Shown here one piece after another: positions 16,889 through 28,054 of a DNA stretch of 64,000 nt. How positions within the stretch are numbered: position 1 is the first letter of the stretch; every line of letters begins with the position of its first letter. The translations under genes and the position numbers were made by a program. The DNA comes from an uncultured Chloroflexia bacterium (GTDB lineage: Bacteria > Chloroflexota > Limnocylindria > QHBO01), in assembly GCA_963777045.1 (NCBI GenBank), contig CAVZPD010000022.1, positions 79,591 to 143,590 on the forward strand, read 5' to 3'. Below the pieces are notes generated by a model. That model did not search any database. It saw nothing but the letters and a program-made list of their open reading frames with translations, and was not told the DNA's origin.

Positions 16889-17478
16889 AGGTCGACGCCC
16901 AGCGCAGCGAGGTCGAGCAGACCGCCGACGAGCTGCAGTCCCGCGTCAAGCACGCCCTCGACATCAAGGCGCGCTTCCGGGAGAACCCGCTCCTCTTCAT
17001 CGGCGTTGGCGCCGGTGCCCTCTACCTCGTCACTGGCGGGCCCATCTGGACCTTCCGGATCCTGCGTCGGCGGCTCAGTCCGACGACGCCAGAGAAGGCC
17101 TACGACGCCCTTCCCAGGCCGATGCAGAAGTGGGTCGACTCGCTGGTCGACGACGTGGGGCCCCTGGCGCACGACGCGCGCAACACCCTCGCAGAGGAGG
17201 TCGCCAAGTGGCGGCTGGCGCCGCTCAAGAACAAGAAGGCGCGCAAGGAGCTGGCGAAGGCGATGGTCGAGGGCCCACCCGGCCCGTCCCGCGCGGGGTG
17301 GAAGGCCGCGGAGGCGGCGCTGATGCTGGTGACTGCCGCGCTGACGCGCCGGGCGGTCGACCAGTTCATCCTCGGTCGCAAGCCGGAGGGCGGCCTCGAC
17401 CTGCGCCAGGGCGCGCCCGACTCGGCCAAGGCAGCGGCGAAGGAGTACTCCGGAATGTCGGACCGCGGGCGGAAGTAG
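16858..17478 (+). CDS. DUF3618-like protein
   Basis: ATG at 16858 is in frame with track ORF 16306..17478, whose upstream part is Arg-rich junk overlapping the holin-X gene. The N-terminus MGETLAETRVEVDAQRSEVEQTADELQSRV is typical of DUF3618. There is one central TM helix (LLFIGVGAGALYLV). Confidence 0.6.
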   Translation: MGETLAETRVEVDAQRSEVEQTADELQSRVKHALDIKARFRENPLLFIGVGAGALYLVTGGPIWTFRILRRRLSPTTPEKAYDALPRPMQKWVDSLVDDVGPLAHDARNTLAEEVAKWRLAPLKNKKARKELAKAMVEGPPGPSRAGWKAAEAALMLVTAALTRRAVDQFILGRKPEGGLDLRQGAPDSAKAAAKEYSGMSDRGRK

Positions 17479-17516
17479 GCATCGAGTCGCCAGCACGTTC
17501 TCGTAGGATCTGAGCC

Positions 17517-17600
17517 GGGCGAGTGGCGGAACGGCAGACGCGCCGGCCTTAGGAGCCGGTGTCGCAAGACGTGCGAGTTCGAATCTCGCCTCGCCCACCA
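17517..17600 (+). tRNA. tRNA-Leu (anticodon TAG), type II with long variable arm
   Basis: GGGCGAG-TG-GCGGAACGGCAGACGC-G-CCGGC-CTTAGGA-GCCGG-TGTCGCAAGACGT-GCGAG-TTCGAAT-CTCGC-CTCGCCC-A-CCA. Acceptor, anticodon and T stems all pair. The TGGCGGAA...AGACGC D-arm is typical of Leu, and the long variable arm marks a type II tRNA. Confidence 0.85.
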
Positions 17601-17836
17601 GCACGCCGCTGACCGGCTATCGCCGTATGCAGATGAGGGCCACGCGGACGGGCCAAAGGATGTCTTCCATCGCCCCCCGGTCGGTTGAGCGCCGCAGGAG
17701 GCGCTAGGAGATCGGCTCTGGCGAATTCATGCGGCTGCCATCTGCACGGGCTGCCGGGCGAGGCGCCACGAGGCGCGACAGGTGAGCGCCCCGCCACTTC
17801 ACGTATGCTCTCCATCACCCCATCAACAGGAGCTCC

Positions 17837-19207
17837 ATGGTCAACGTATCCACCAGCCCGCAGCCCGGCTCACGGGTCCAGCTCGAGATCGAGGTCCCGC
17901 CCGACGAAGTCGGCCGCCACTTCGCCACCGCCTACCGCCACGTCGCCGAGCGGACGAAGGTGCCGGGCTTCCGTCCCGGGAAGGCGCCGCGCCACGTGAT
18001 CGACCGATTCGTCGGCCGTGGCTCGGTCATCGCCGAGGCGATCGAGCACCTCGTCGGGGAGAGCTACGACGCGGCGCTCGACCAGGTCACCATCCTGCCC
18101 ATCGACCAGCCGGAGGTCGACATCGACCCGGCGGCGGTGATCGAGGGCCAGACGGTGAAGTTCACCGCGACCGTCGCGGTCCGGCCCGAAGTGACCCTGG
18201 GTTCCTATACCGACTACCCGTTCACGCTGGAGACGCCGGAGGTCACCGACGAGCAGGTTGACGGCGTCATCGAGGAGCTGCGCGCCGAGCAGGCCACGCT
18301 GCGGCCGCTCGACGATCGCGGGGCGGCCAAGGACGACCTGGCCGCGGTGAAGTTCATCGGCACCATCGACGGGGAACCGTTCGAGGGCGGAAGTGCCGAC
18401 CGGCTGCCGCTGGTCGTGGGCGAGGATCGCATGATCCCCGGCTGGGAGGACCAGCTCATCGGCCTGAAGGTGGGGGAGGCGAAAGGGTTCGAGATCACCT
18501 TCCCCGACGACTACCGGGTCGAGGAGCTGCAGGGCAAGCAGGCGCACTTCGAGGTGGAGATGCTCGACCTGCGCGAGCGGATCCTGCCCGAGGTCGACGA
18601 CGAGTTCGCGAAGTCGACCGGCGACGTGGCGTCGGTGGACGAGCTGCGCACGGAGATTCGCGACGCGCTGCAGCGGCGGGCGGCGGACGAGGCGCGCCAT
18701 AGCTACGCCGACCGGATCATCGACTTCGCCGAGTCGAACGCAACGGTGGAGCTGCCGGAGGTCATGGTCGCCAACGAGGTCGAGATCATGCGCGACGAGC
18801 TGCGCAATCGACTCGCGCAGCAGCGCATCGGCCTCGACCAGTACCTGGCGCTCTCGAAGCAGTCGCCCGAGGAGCTGACGGCCGAGCTGCGCGAGCCCGC
18901 ATCCCGTCGCGTGAAGGTCCTGCTCGTCCTGTCGGCGATCGCCGAGAAGGAGGGGATCGACGCGTCCGACGAGGAGATCCAAACCGAGATCGACGAGCAG
19001 CTGGCGCGCTACGGCAATGACCCGAAGCTGGCCGAGTCGCTCAGCAGCCGGCGCGCCCGCAGCTACCTGCGAATGACGATCCGCAACCGTAAACTGGTCG
19101 ACACGCTCATGGATCGCGCGCTCGGGACCGATGCCTCCGCCGGGGAGGCGGCAGCATCGGCCTCCGAGGACGACGCAGCCTCCGAATCAGACGCCCCCCA
19201 GGAGTAA
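17837..19207 (+). CDS. tig: trigger factor (ribosome-associated chaperone)
   Basis: 456 aa with the tig N-terminal ribosome-binding domain and a PPIase-like middle domain ([20 protein letters not shown]). A conserved tig-clpP-clpX context follows. Confidence 0.92.
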   Translation: MVNVSTSPQPGSRVQLEIEVPPDEVGRHFATAYRHVAERTKVPGFRPGKAPRHVIDRFVGRGSVIAEAIEHLVGESYDAALDQVTILPIDQPEVDIDPAAVIEGQTVKFTATVAVRPEVTLGSYTDYPFTLETPEVTDEQVDGVIEELRAEQATLRPLDDRGAAKDDLAAVKFIGTIDGEPFEGGSADRLPLVVGEDRMIPGWEDQLIGLKVGEAKGFEITFPDDYRVEELQGKQAHFEVEMLDLRERILPEVDDEFAKSTGDVASVDELRTEIRDALQRRAADEARHSYADRIIDFAESNATVELPEVMVANEVEIMRDELRNRLAQQRIGLDQYLALSKQSPEELTAELREPASRRVKVLLVLSAIAEKEGIDASDEEIQTEIDEQLARYGNDPKLAESLSSRRARSYLRMTIRNRKLVDTLMDRALGTDASAGEAAASASEDDAASESDAPQE

Positions 19208-19211
19208 TTGC

Positions 19212-19895
19212 ATGCTGGTCCCCATGGTCATCGAGTCGAGCGCCCGCGGCGAGCGGGCCTTCGACATCTACTCGCGCCTCCTCAAGGAGCGCATCATCTT
19301 CCTGGGCGACGCGATCGAGGATCACATCGCCAACCTGGTGATCGCCCAGCTGCTCTTCCTGGAGAGCGAGGATCCCGAGAAGGACATCAGCCTCTACATC
19401 AACTCGCCCGGCGGGGTGGTGACCTCCGGCCTCGCCATCTACGACACGATGCAGTACCTGAAGGCGCCGGTCAGCACCATCTGCATCGGTCAGGCAGCCT
19501 CGATGGGGGCGGTCCTGCTGGCGGCCGGCGCCACCGGCAAGCGTTACGCGCTGCCGAACAGCCGGATCATGATCCACCAGGGATCGGGCGGCTTCCGCGG
19601 TAACACCCCGGACGTGGAGATCCAGGTCAAGGAGATGCTCCACCTCACCGACCGGCTGATGCACATCCTGGCCAGCCACACCGGCCAGACCTACGAGAAG
19701 GTCAAGCGCGACTCCGAGCGCGACTACTTCATGAGCGGCGAGGAGGCGAAGGCCTACGGCCTCGTCGACGAGGTCTTCTCCGGCAACGCGGAGTCGCTGA
19801 TCAGCATGGCCCAGGAGGCGCAGGGCACCGTGCCGACCGCCGACAAGGTCGAGGATGCCGGTCCGTCCGCTGCGCCCGAGCCCAAGAAGAAGTAG
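19212..19895 (+). CDS. clpP: ATP-dependent Clp protease proteolytic subunit ClpP
   Basis: Real start is M28 of track ORF 19131..19895 ([10 protein letters not shown]...). The catalytic triad context is present ([36 protein letters not shown]). It lies 5 nt after the tig stop. Confidence 0.92.
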   Translation: MLVPMVIESSARGERAFDIYSRLLKERIIFLGDAIEDHIANLVIAQLLFLESEDPEKDISLYINSPGGVVTSGLAIYDTMQYLKAPVSTICIGQAASMGAVLLAAGATGKRYALPNSRIMIHQGSGGFRGNTPDVEIQVKEMLHLTDRLMHILASHTGQTYEKVKRDSERDYFMSGEEAKAYGLVDEVFSGNAESLISMAQEAQGTVPTADKVEDAGPSAAPEPKKK

Positions 19896-19907
19896 CCTCC
19901 CGCGCAG

Positions 19908-20264
19908 CTACCGGCGGCCGCGTTCCAGGTCCATCAGCCAGCGCTTGACCCATTCCTCGCCGCCCCAGCCGCCGATGCTCCCGTCGGCGTGGATGACCCG
20001 GTGGCAGGGCACGATCGGGAAGAGGCGGCAGCGGGCCATGGAGCCACCAGCGGCGCGAGCGGCGCCGGGATGGCCCGCCATCAACGCGAGCTCGCCGTAG
20101 GAGACCGTCTCGCCGTAGGGGATCCGGCGGGCCGCCTGCCACACCGTGCGATCGAACGGGCCGACGCGGGCGAGGTCGAGCGCCACGTCGAACGCTTCCG
20201 ACGCCCCGGTGAAGTAGTCCAGCAGCTGGTCGGCGACGCGGGCGACGGCCCGCGCGTCGGGCAC
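19908..20264 (-). CDS. ogt: methylated-DNA--protein-cysteine methyltransferase, C-terminal DNA-binding/active-site domain only (Ogt/Ada-C like)
   Basis: 118 aa containing the helix-turn-helix and active-site PCHRV motif (RLFPIVPCHRVIHADGSIGGWGG). The ~80-aa N-terminal domain of canonical Ogt is absent. Confidence 0.7.
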   Translation of the reverse strand: MPDARAVARVADQLLDYFTGASEAFDVALDLARVGPFDRTVWQAARRIPYGETVSYGELALMAGHPGAARAAGGSMARCRLFPIVPCHRVIHADGSIGGWGGEEWVKRWLMDLERGRR

Positions 20265-20599
20265 TCCTGCCGATTCGGCTGGGGCATGGCGCGAGATCTG
20301 GTACAGACCCCGCTCCGTGACGCAGATCCAGAGGTCACCGATGGGCGTCTCGAGCGGGGAGCAGCGCAGGCGGGACGGGTGTGCGCGTTACCCGGTGCAG
20401 ATGAGGGCCGCATGGTTGACGGAAACCTACCCCAATCACCGCCTCCTGCGGTTGTGATGCGGCACGGTGGCGGCGGGAGCCGGCAGTTGGGAGGTTCGTG
20501 CGGCCCTTGTCTGCAGCGGGCGACCAGCCCTTCGGATCGGCGGCCGGGACGATCGGGCGATGGCGGGTGGCGACCCGAGCGCGTGATATCCTCGAAGCG

Positions 20600-21915
<1,316 letters not shown>

Positions 21916-21919
<4 letters not shown>

Positions 21920-22854
21920 CCCTCGCTGTCGGGCCTGTCTCCGGGCTGCGCTGCCGCACGCGTCCCGCCGCCGTCGGAGGTCCGGCTGATGAGCACCTGG
22001 TGCGGGAACGGGATCTCGATGCTCTCGCGCGCGAAGGCTGTGAGGATCCGCTTGCGAAGCTCCCCGGCCACGGCCCACTGCTGAGCCGGCAGCACCTGTC
22101 CCAGAACCTTGAGGGCCACAGCCGAGTCGCCGAGCGCGTTGACGCGCATCACCTTCGGCGGCTCCAGGATCTTGTCCGCCCATGCCGGGTCGGCCTGCAT
22201 CTCCTCGCCGACCCGGTTGATGACCCCTGAGGCCTTCTCGATGTCCGTGTCATAGGCGACCGAGACGTCCATGTTCACCCGCGCCCAGCCACGTGTCATG
22301 TTCGACGCCACCACGATCTGGCCGTTTGGAACGGTGTGGACGGTGCCGTCAAGATTGCGGAGCACCGTCCGGCGAAGGCTGAAGGCCTCGACCACGCCGT
22401 CCACGCCGGCGATCGAGACCACGTCGCCGACGCTGTACTGGTTCTCGATGACGATGAAGATGCCCGACAGCCAGTCGCGTACCAGGGTCTGGGCGCCGAA
22501 GCCGACCGCGATGCCGATCACGCCGAAGCCGGCGATGGCCGGACCGATGTCGACCTGGAAGCGCGACAGGATCATCAGCAGCGCGATGAGCGCGATGACG
22601 ACCGTCACCAGCCGGCTAGCCAGCGTCTGGAGCGTCTTCATCCGGCGCTCGAGATCCGCGGTGGTCATGAGCGACTCGTCCTCGTCGAGACGCTGCGCGA
22701 TCAACGACTTCGTCGCCAGGCCCACCGCGCGACGAGCCAGCCAGATACCCACCAGTGCCGCGACGAGGATCATGCTGACCACCAGCACGTCGTCCCACGC
22801 CACGGCTGCCCGGATCGACTCCCAATCGACGCTCATGCCCGCGCATGGTAGCAA
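21916..22854 (-). CDS. mscS: small-conductance mechanosensitive channel (MscS family)
   Basis: Three N-terminal TM helices are followed by the conserved MscS beta-domain ([37 protein letters not shown]). Convergent with clpX. Confidence 0.85.
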
Positions 22855-22979
22855 GCAAGCGCCGTGGTACGACCGGTGCAGGGCCCACGGTACTTGCGGT
22901 TGCTGCTTTCCGCGGTCGAGCCGCTAGCATGCTCGGCACGGACAGGGCGTCCGTGTGGGTCAAGGAGGCGATTCAACAG

Positions 22980-24221
22980 ATGGGCGAAACTCCACGGCGA
23001 TCTGCCTTTCGGCTCCCCTGGAGCGACGGCAGTGAGGCGAAGCAGGGAGCGACAGTTCCCGACGCGCAGGACGCGACGGCTACCTCTGCCGACACCGCGG
23101 CGGACGAGGCTATGACGCCCTCGGATGAGGGTGGGGCGGCCCAGGTCCGTTCCCAGGATTCGACGCCGGAACCGGCCTCACCACCGCACGCCGAAACCGA
23201 GCCCACCCCGTTCCTGCGCGAGCTGGTCGATGCCATGCGCGGCGTCGCCGAGGCCTCGCGCGACACGAGCCTTGCCGAGCTGCGCACCTCAGTCGACGAG
23301 CGTGTCGAGGAGCTGCGAGCCGCGGCCGCCGAGCGCGCCGAGGAGCTCCGCCGGCGATCGGACCATGACGTGACGGCCATCGGCGAGTGGGAGCGCAGCG
23401 AAATCGAGCGCGTCCGGGCCGAGGCCGAGCAGCGCAGGGATGCGCGCCGCACCAAGCTCGAACTCGACCTCACCGACCACCAGGCCGCCTCCGACCGGAA
23501 CGCCGAAGCAACCCGCCGCCGGCTGGCCGACTACGAGCGCGAGCTGGCGGCCTTCTTCGCCCAGCTGGCCGAGATCGAGGACCCGGCTGCCTTCGTGGCG
23601 GCCGCCAAGCGCCTGCCGCCGCCACCGGATCTCGACAGGGCCGTTGGTGGCGCCAACGGTCCATCGACGGCCGCGGCCGCCGCAACAGCGGGGGCGACCG
23701 GCTCCGTCAACGGCCAGCGCTCGGAGACGACGCTCTCTGAGCGGCTGGCGCAGCTCGACCGGCAGCTCGCGGCTCCGAAGACGGCGAGTGCGCCGGCACC
23801 CACGACCGATGCCGAGCCGGCTCCACCCGGCCCGGACTCGGCGCCGGTGGACGAGCCAGCGCCTGCACCTGCGCCCGTCGCGCCGAGCGACCCCGCCGTC
23901 GCGCCGAGCGACCCCGCCGTCGCGCCGAGCGACCCCGCCGTCGCGCCGAGCGCCGCCGCGCAGACCGACGCCCTCACCCCCATCGTCGTGAAGGGGCTCG
24001 GCAGCTTCGGCGCGATCACCTCCTTCAAGCAGGCCCTGGAGCGCGTCGACGGCGTGCACGGCGTGACCCTCTCGCTCGGCCCCACCGGCGAGTTCGTCTA
24101 CCGCGCCACGCATGGGCCGCAGTTCGACATCGTGGCTGCCATTCGCCAGATCGAGGGGGCGGGCGCCGGCATCGAGCGCGCCGAGGGCCAGGTTCTCGTC
24201 ACCATCGAGCGTCAGCGCTGA
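22980..24221 (+). CDS. hypothetical coiled-coil protein with Pro/Ala-rich repeats and a conserved ~80-aa C-terminal domain
   Basis: The track start at 22845 overlaps the divergent mscS start. ATG 22980 has AAGGAGG 11 nt upstream. Features are a long Arg/Glu-rich coiled coil, three copies of APSDPAV, and a C-terminal IVVKGLGSFGAITSFKQALERVDGVHGVTLSLGPTGEFVYRATHG domain. No family assigned. Confidence 0.5.
   Translation: MGETPRRSAFRLPWSDGSEAKQGATVPDAQDATATSADTAADEAMTPSDEGGAAQVRSQDSTPEPASPPHAETEPTPFLRELVDAMRGVAEASRDTSLAELRTSVDERVEELRAAAAERAEELRRRSDHDVTAIGEWERSEIERVRAEAEQRRDARRTKLELDLTDHQAASDRNAEATRRRLADYERELAAFFAQLAEIEDPAAFVAAAKRLPPPPDLDRAVGGANGPSTAAAAATAGATGSVNGQRSETTLSERLAQLDRQLAAPKTASAPAPTTDAEPAPPGPDSAPVDEPAPAPAPVAPSDPAVAPSDPAVAPSDPAVAPSAAAQTDALTPIVVKGLGSFGAITSFKQALERVDGVHGVTLSLGPTGEFVYRATHGPQFDIVAAIRQIEGAGAGIERAEGQVLVTIERQR
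23875..23950 (+). repeat. perfect 21-bp tandem repeat x3.5 (gcgccgagcgaccccgccgtc) inside CDS
   Basis: Read directly from the sequence; encodes APSDPAV x3. Confidence 0.85.
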
Positions 24222-24480
24222 CGGTGCTAGACTGCCCGACACGGCGCTGACCGTGAGGAGTACCCCTCCATCGGCCCCAAGAGAGGACCAGGCCACAGGC
24301 TGAGAGCTGGTCCGGGAACGAGAGGGAGAAGGTCGCACGCGAGCCGGACGGGTCCGCCCGATATCGCGGGAGACGAGGGCGCATCGGCCCAGCAGCCGGT
24401 TCGCCGAACGAAGGTGGTACCACGAACCCGTTCGTCCTTCGACGAGCGGGTTTTTGCATGCGCGAAGGAGAGATGGAGCG

Positions 24481-27153
24481 ATGACGACGACGAGACGCGC
24501 CCTGCCGCCGCGCTACGACGCCGCATCGGTGGAGCCCGCCATCTACGAGCGCTGGCTGGAGAGCGGCGCGTTCACGCCGGCGGCCGATCCGCCGAAGGAC
24601 GCCGAACGCTTCGTCATCATCCAGCCGCCGCCGAACGTCACCGGCTCACTGCACGTCGGCCACGCCTTGACGGCCACCATCGAGGACGTCCTGGTGCGGT
24701 ACCACCGCATGCGGGGCGACGACACGCTCTGGCTGCCGGGAGTGGACCACGCCAGCATTGCCGCCCAGTTCGTCCTGGATCGACTCATCGCCGAGGAAGG
24801 GGAGACGCGCGAGTCGCTCGGGCGCGAGCGGTACCTGGAGCGGATGTGGCGATTCATGGACGAGACGCGCCCGATCATCGGCAACCAGCACCGGCGCCTT
24901 GGCGCCAGCCTGGACTGGACGCGGCTGCGCTTCACGATGGACGAGTTCAGTGCACGCGCGGTGCGCGTGGCGTTCAAGCGGCTCCACGATGCGGACCTCG
25001 CCTACCGCGGTGAAGCGCTCGTCAATTGGTGCCCGCGCTGCCGGACCACGATCAGCGACCTGGAGAACGTGCACCGCGACGAGACGGGAACCCTGTGGAC
25101 CGTCCGCTACCACCTGCTCGACGCGGAAGGGCGCGCCATGCCTGACGAGTGGATCAGCGTCGCCACCACCAGGCCTGAGACGATCCTGGGCGATACGGCG
25201 GTCGCGGTCCATCCCGACGACGATCGCTACGCCAAGCTGGTCGGCCGCGAGGCGCTGATCCCCTTCGTGGACCGCCGCGTGCCGATCATCGCGGACGATG
25301 CCGTCGAGCGTGAGTTCGGGACCGGCGCGGTCAAGATCACGCCGGCCCACGACTTCGACGACTACGAGATGGGCAAGCGCCATCGGCTGATTCCGATGAC
25401 GGTGCTCGATGAGGATGCTCGCATCAACGAGGTCGGCGGTGACCTGGCGGGTCTCGACCGGCAGGAGGCACGGCGCGAGATCGTTGCCCGCCTGCAAGCA
25501 GCAGGCGACCTGGTTGAGACCCGCGAGCACCAGATGGTGGTCGGACACTGCGACCGCTGCGGCACAGTGGTCGAGCCGCGCCTGTCGGTGCAGTGGTTCG
25601 TTCGAACGAAGCCGCTGGCCGAGCGTGCGCTCGCTTCGGTGCGGGAGGGCCGGACCCGGATCGTGCCGGAGCACTTCGAGAAGGTCTACGCGCACTGGAT
25701 GGAGAACATCCACGACTGGGCGGTCGGTCGCCAGCTGTGGTGGGGCCACCGCATCCCGGCCTGGTACTGCCCCGACGGGCACGTAACGGTGTCGGACGCA
25801 GCCGATGGGCCCGATGCCTGCGCCGCCTGCGGGCGGCCCGCCGCGGAGCTGCACCAGGAGACCGATATCTTCGACACCTGGTTCAGCAGCGGCCTCTGGC
25901 CGTTCTCCACTTTGGGCTGGCCCGATGAGACGCCGGACTACCGCCGCTTCTACCCGACCTCGGTGATGGAGACGGGCTACGACATCATCTTCTTCTGGGT
26001 GGCGCGGATGATGATGCTGGGCCTCTTCTGCACGGGTACTGAGCCGTTCCACACCGTCTACCTGCACGGGATGATCCGGGCCGAGGGCGGCGTGAAGATG
26101 AGCAAGACCAAGGGCAACGTCATCGATCCGCTGGAGATGGTCGGCGAGATCGGGGCCGATGCATTGCGCTTCGCACTCGTCACCGGCACGGCTCCCGGCA
26201 GCGACCAGCGCATGACCGCGTCCAAGCTCGACGGCGCCCGGAACTTCACCAACAAGCTGTGGAACGCCACGCGCTTCGTGATCGGTGCGCGCCCCGATCC
26301 GTGGGCGATCCCCGAGGGCGAGCCTGGCCTCGCCGAACGCTGGATCGTGGCGCGCCTGGACGAAGCCGAAGAGCGCGCGACCCGACTGCTGGAGGCCCTC
26401 GACATCGCCGCGTACGCCGGGTCGGCGTACGAGGTCGCCTGGAGCGACTACTGCGACTGGTTCATCGAGATGGCGAAGGTGGAGCTGCGTCGCGATGGCG
26501 CGACCGCCGGCGAACGGGCGCGGATCTGGCTATGCGCCGCGGGCACGCTGGCGAGCACCCTGCGCATCCTGCACCCGATCATGCCCTTCGTCACCGAACA
26601 GGCGTGGAGCTACCTGCACGAGCTCGACCCGCAGGTCACCGATCACCAGCCGCTCCTGGTGACCGCCCAGTGGCAGGCGGGTGCGCCTCCGGATGGGGCG
26701 GTGCTGGCCGAGATGGCCGACCTGGTCGACCTGGTCCGCGCGTTGCGCAACCAGCGAACGGAGTCCGGCGTCGCCGCCGGCGAGTGGCTGCCGCTGACCG
26801 TCGTCGCGGCGGACGCGCCCGCCGGGCACGTGCTGCGATCCGGGCGCGCGTACCTCGAGTCACTCGCCCGGGCACGACCTCTGCAGATCCTGGCCGCGGG
26901 GGAGGGGGACCGTCCTCCGGCGGTCGTCGCGAGCCGGCTGGGAGCTGCCTGGTTCGGACGTGACGAGATCCAGGCGGAGGATGCGGCGGCCCGGCGCGAG
27001 GCGCAGGCCGAGCACCTGCGGCGTGGAATCGAGCGCCTTCGGAACCTCGTGGACAACGAGAGCTTCGTGCAACGGGCGCCCGCCGAGGTCGTTGACCGCG
27101 AGCGGGCGCGGCTCGCGGAGCTGGAGGCGCAGCTCGCCCAGCTGGGGGCCTGA
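24481..27153 (+). CDS. valS: valine--tRNA ligase
   Basis: HIGH motif region (PPPNVTGSLHVGHAL), KMSKS (KMSKTKGNVIDP), editing domain and C-terminal coiled coil are present. ATG 24481 (M10 of the track ORF) is preceded by gaaggagag. Confidence 0.95.
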   Translation: MTTTRRALPPRYDAASVEPAIYERWLESGAFTPAADPPKDAERFVIIQPPPNVTGSLHVGHALTATIEDVLVRYHRMRGDDTLWLPGVDHASIAAQFVLDRLIAEEGETRESLGRERYLERMWRFMDETRPIIGNQHRRLGASLDWTRLRFTMDEFSARAVRVAFKRLHDADLAYRGEALVNWCPRCRTTISDLENVHRDETGTLWTVRYHLLDAEGRAMPDEWISVATTRPETILGDTAVAVHPDDDRYAKLVGREALIPFVDRRVPIIADDAVEREFGTGAVKITPAHDFDDYEMGKRHRLIPMTVLDEDARINEVGGDLAGLDRQEARREIVARLQAAGDLVETREHQMVVGHCDRCGTVVEPRLSVQWFVRTKPLAERALASVREGRTRIVPEHFEKVYAHWMENIHDWAVGRQLWWGHRIPAWYCPDGHVTVSDAADGPDACAACGRPAAELHQETDIFDTWFSSGLWPFSTLGWPDETPDYRRFYPTSVMETGYDIIFFWVARMMMLGLFCTGTEPFHTVYLHGMIRAEGGVKMSKTKGNVIDPLEMVGEIGADALRFALVTGTAPGSDQRMTASKLDGARNFTNKLWNATRFVIGARPDPWAIPEGEPGLAERWIVARLDEAEERATRLLEALDIAAYAGSAYEVAWSDYCDWFIEMAKVELRRDGATAGERARIWLCAAGTLASTLRILHPIMPFVTEQAWSYLHELDPQVTDHQPLLVTAQWQAGAPPDGAVLAEMADLVDLVRALRNQRTESGVAAGEWLPLTVVAADAPAGHVLRSGRAYLESLARARPLQILAAGEGDRPPAVVASRLGAAWFGRDEIQAEDAAARREAQAEHLRRGIERLRNLVDNESFVQRAPAEVVDRERARLAELEAQLAQLGA

Positions 27154-27213
27154 TCGGGAGGCCGCGGCGTCGCTGCTAGAATCGCGGCGCTGACCCGTTA
27201 CCGTGAATGCCCG

Positions 27214-27942
27214 ATGTCGTTCCTGAGGCGCAACAAGAAGCAGGAGCCTCCTCCTCCGCCGCCCTCCCCGATGCAGGAGGACGTATCGGCCCAGCAGTAC
27301 TCGCTGAAGCTTGCCTTCCTGGCGCGTTCAAGCGATGGCCTGCGCATGCAGCCCGATCCGCAGCTGCGAGCGATCCTGGTGAGCATCGTGGAGCCGCTCA
27401 CGGAGACGCCCGTCGACGTGGTGGAGCCCCTCCCCATCGAGTTCACGGATGCTGCGCCCCAGGTCGAGCGCTTCACCGAGATGCAGCAGTGGGTGCTGGC
27501 GCGCCGCGAGCTGGGTCCCATTGCGCGCCATGCCCTCTACGTCCTCGAGCAGACCGACGCGCTCGACATGACCGTCGACACGTTCTACTGCGCTCTTCTG
27601 CACGGCGAGACGGACACGAGCGGCTACCCGGAGTACAACGCCATCGTCGGTGGCCTGGCGACGCACTGGGACGAGCTCTCGGGCGAGCTCATCGTGCGGG
27701 CGGTGGTCGGGTGGGGCGGCAAGGGGCAGCGCGGCGACACGGAGCGTATCGGGCAGCGCATCCTGAGCTCGCTATACCAGCAGGTGCTCGCCTCCGGTTA
27801 CAGCCTGGGAGCCGCCGATGCGGCCCGCGCGGCGCCCGCCGTACGCCACGGCGGGGCCGTCTGCCAGCACTGTGGGTTCGAAGCGGGCACCGCAGGTGCG
27901 TTCTACTGCCCGAAGTGCGGCATGCGCATGACGCGGGGCTAG
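27214..27942 (+). CDS. hypothetical protein with poly-Pro N-terminus and C-terminal CxxC...CxxC zinc ribbon
   Basis: 242 aa beginning MSFLRRNKKQEPPPPPPSP, with a central conserved-looking region. The C-terminus is CQHCGFEAGTAGAFYCPKCG. Confidence 0.5.
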   Translation: MSFLRRNKKQEPPPPPPSPMQEDVSAQQYSLKLAFLARSSDGLRMQPDPQLRAILVSIVEPLTETPVDVVEPLPIEFTDAAPQVERFTEMQQWVLARRELGPIARHALYVLEQTDALDMTVDTFYCALLHGETDTSGYPEYNAIVGGLATHWDELSGELIVRAVVGWGGKGQRGDTERIGQRILSSLYQQVLASGYSLGAADAARAAPAVRHGGAVCQHCGFEAGTAGAFYCPKCGMRMTRG

Positions 27943-28054
27943 GGCCAGTACCTTCGGGCCGTCGGGTACTGGGCGGCAGTCCCATTGTCGTCGTGGTGGG
28001 TGCGCTCGATAGTGGTGCGGTCTGGCACTACCGATCCACACTGGAAGGGACCGC

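Noticed and set aside
27154-27213. Possible terminator hairpin after valS (GCCGCG...CGCGGC)
   Set aside because: The stem is short, the loop is ~16 nt, and there is no trailing T-run. Not convincing as an intrinsic terminator in this high-GC genome.
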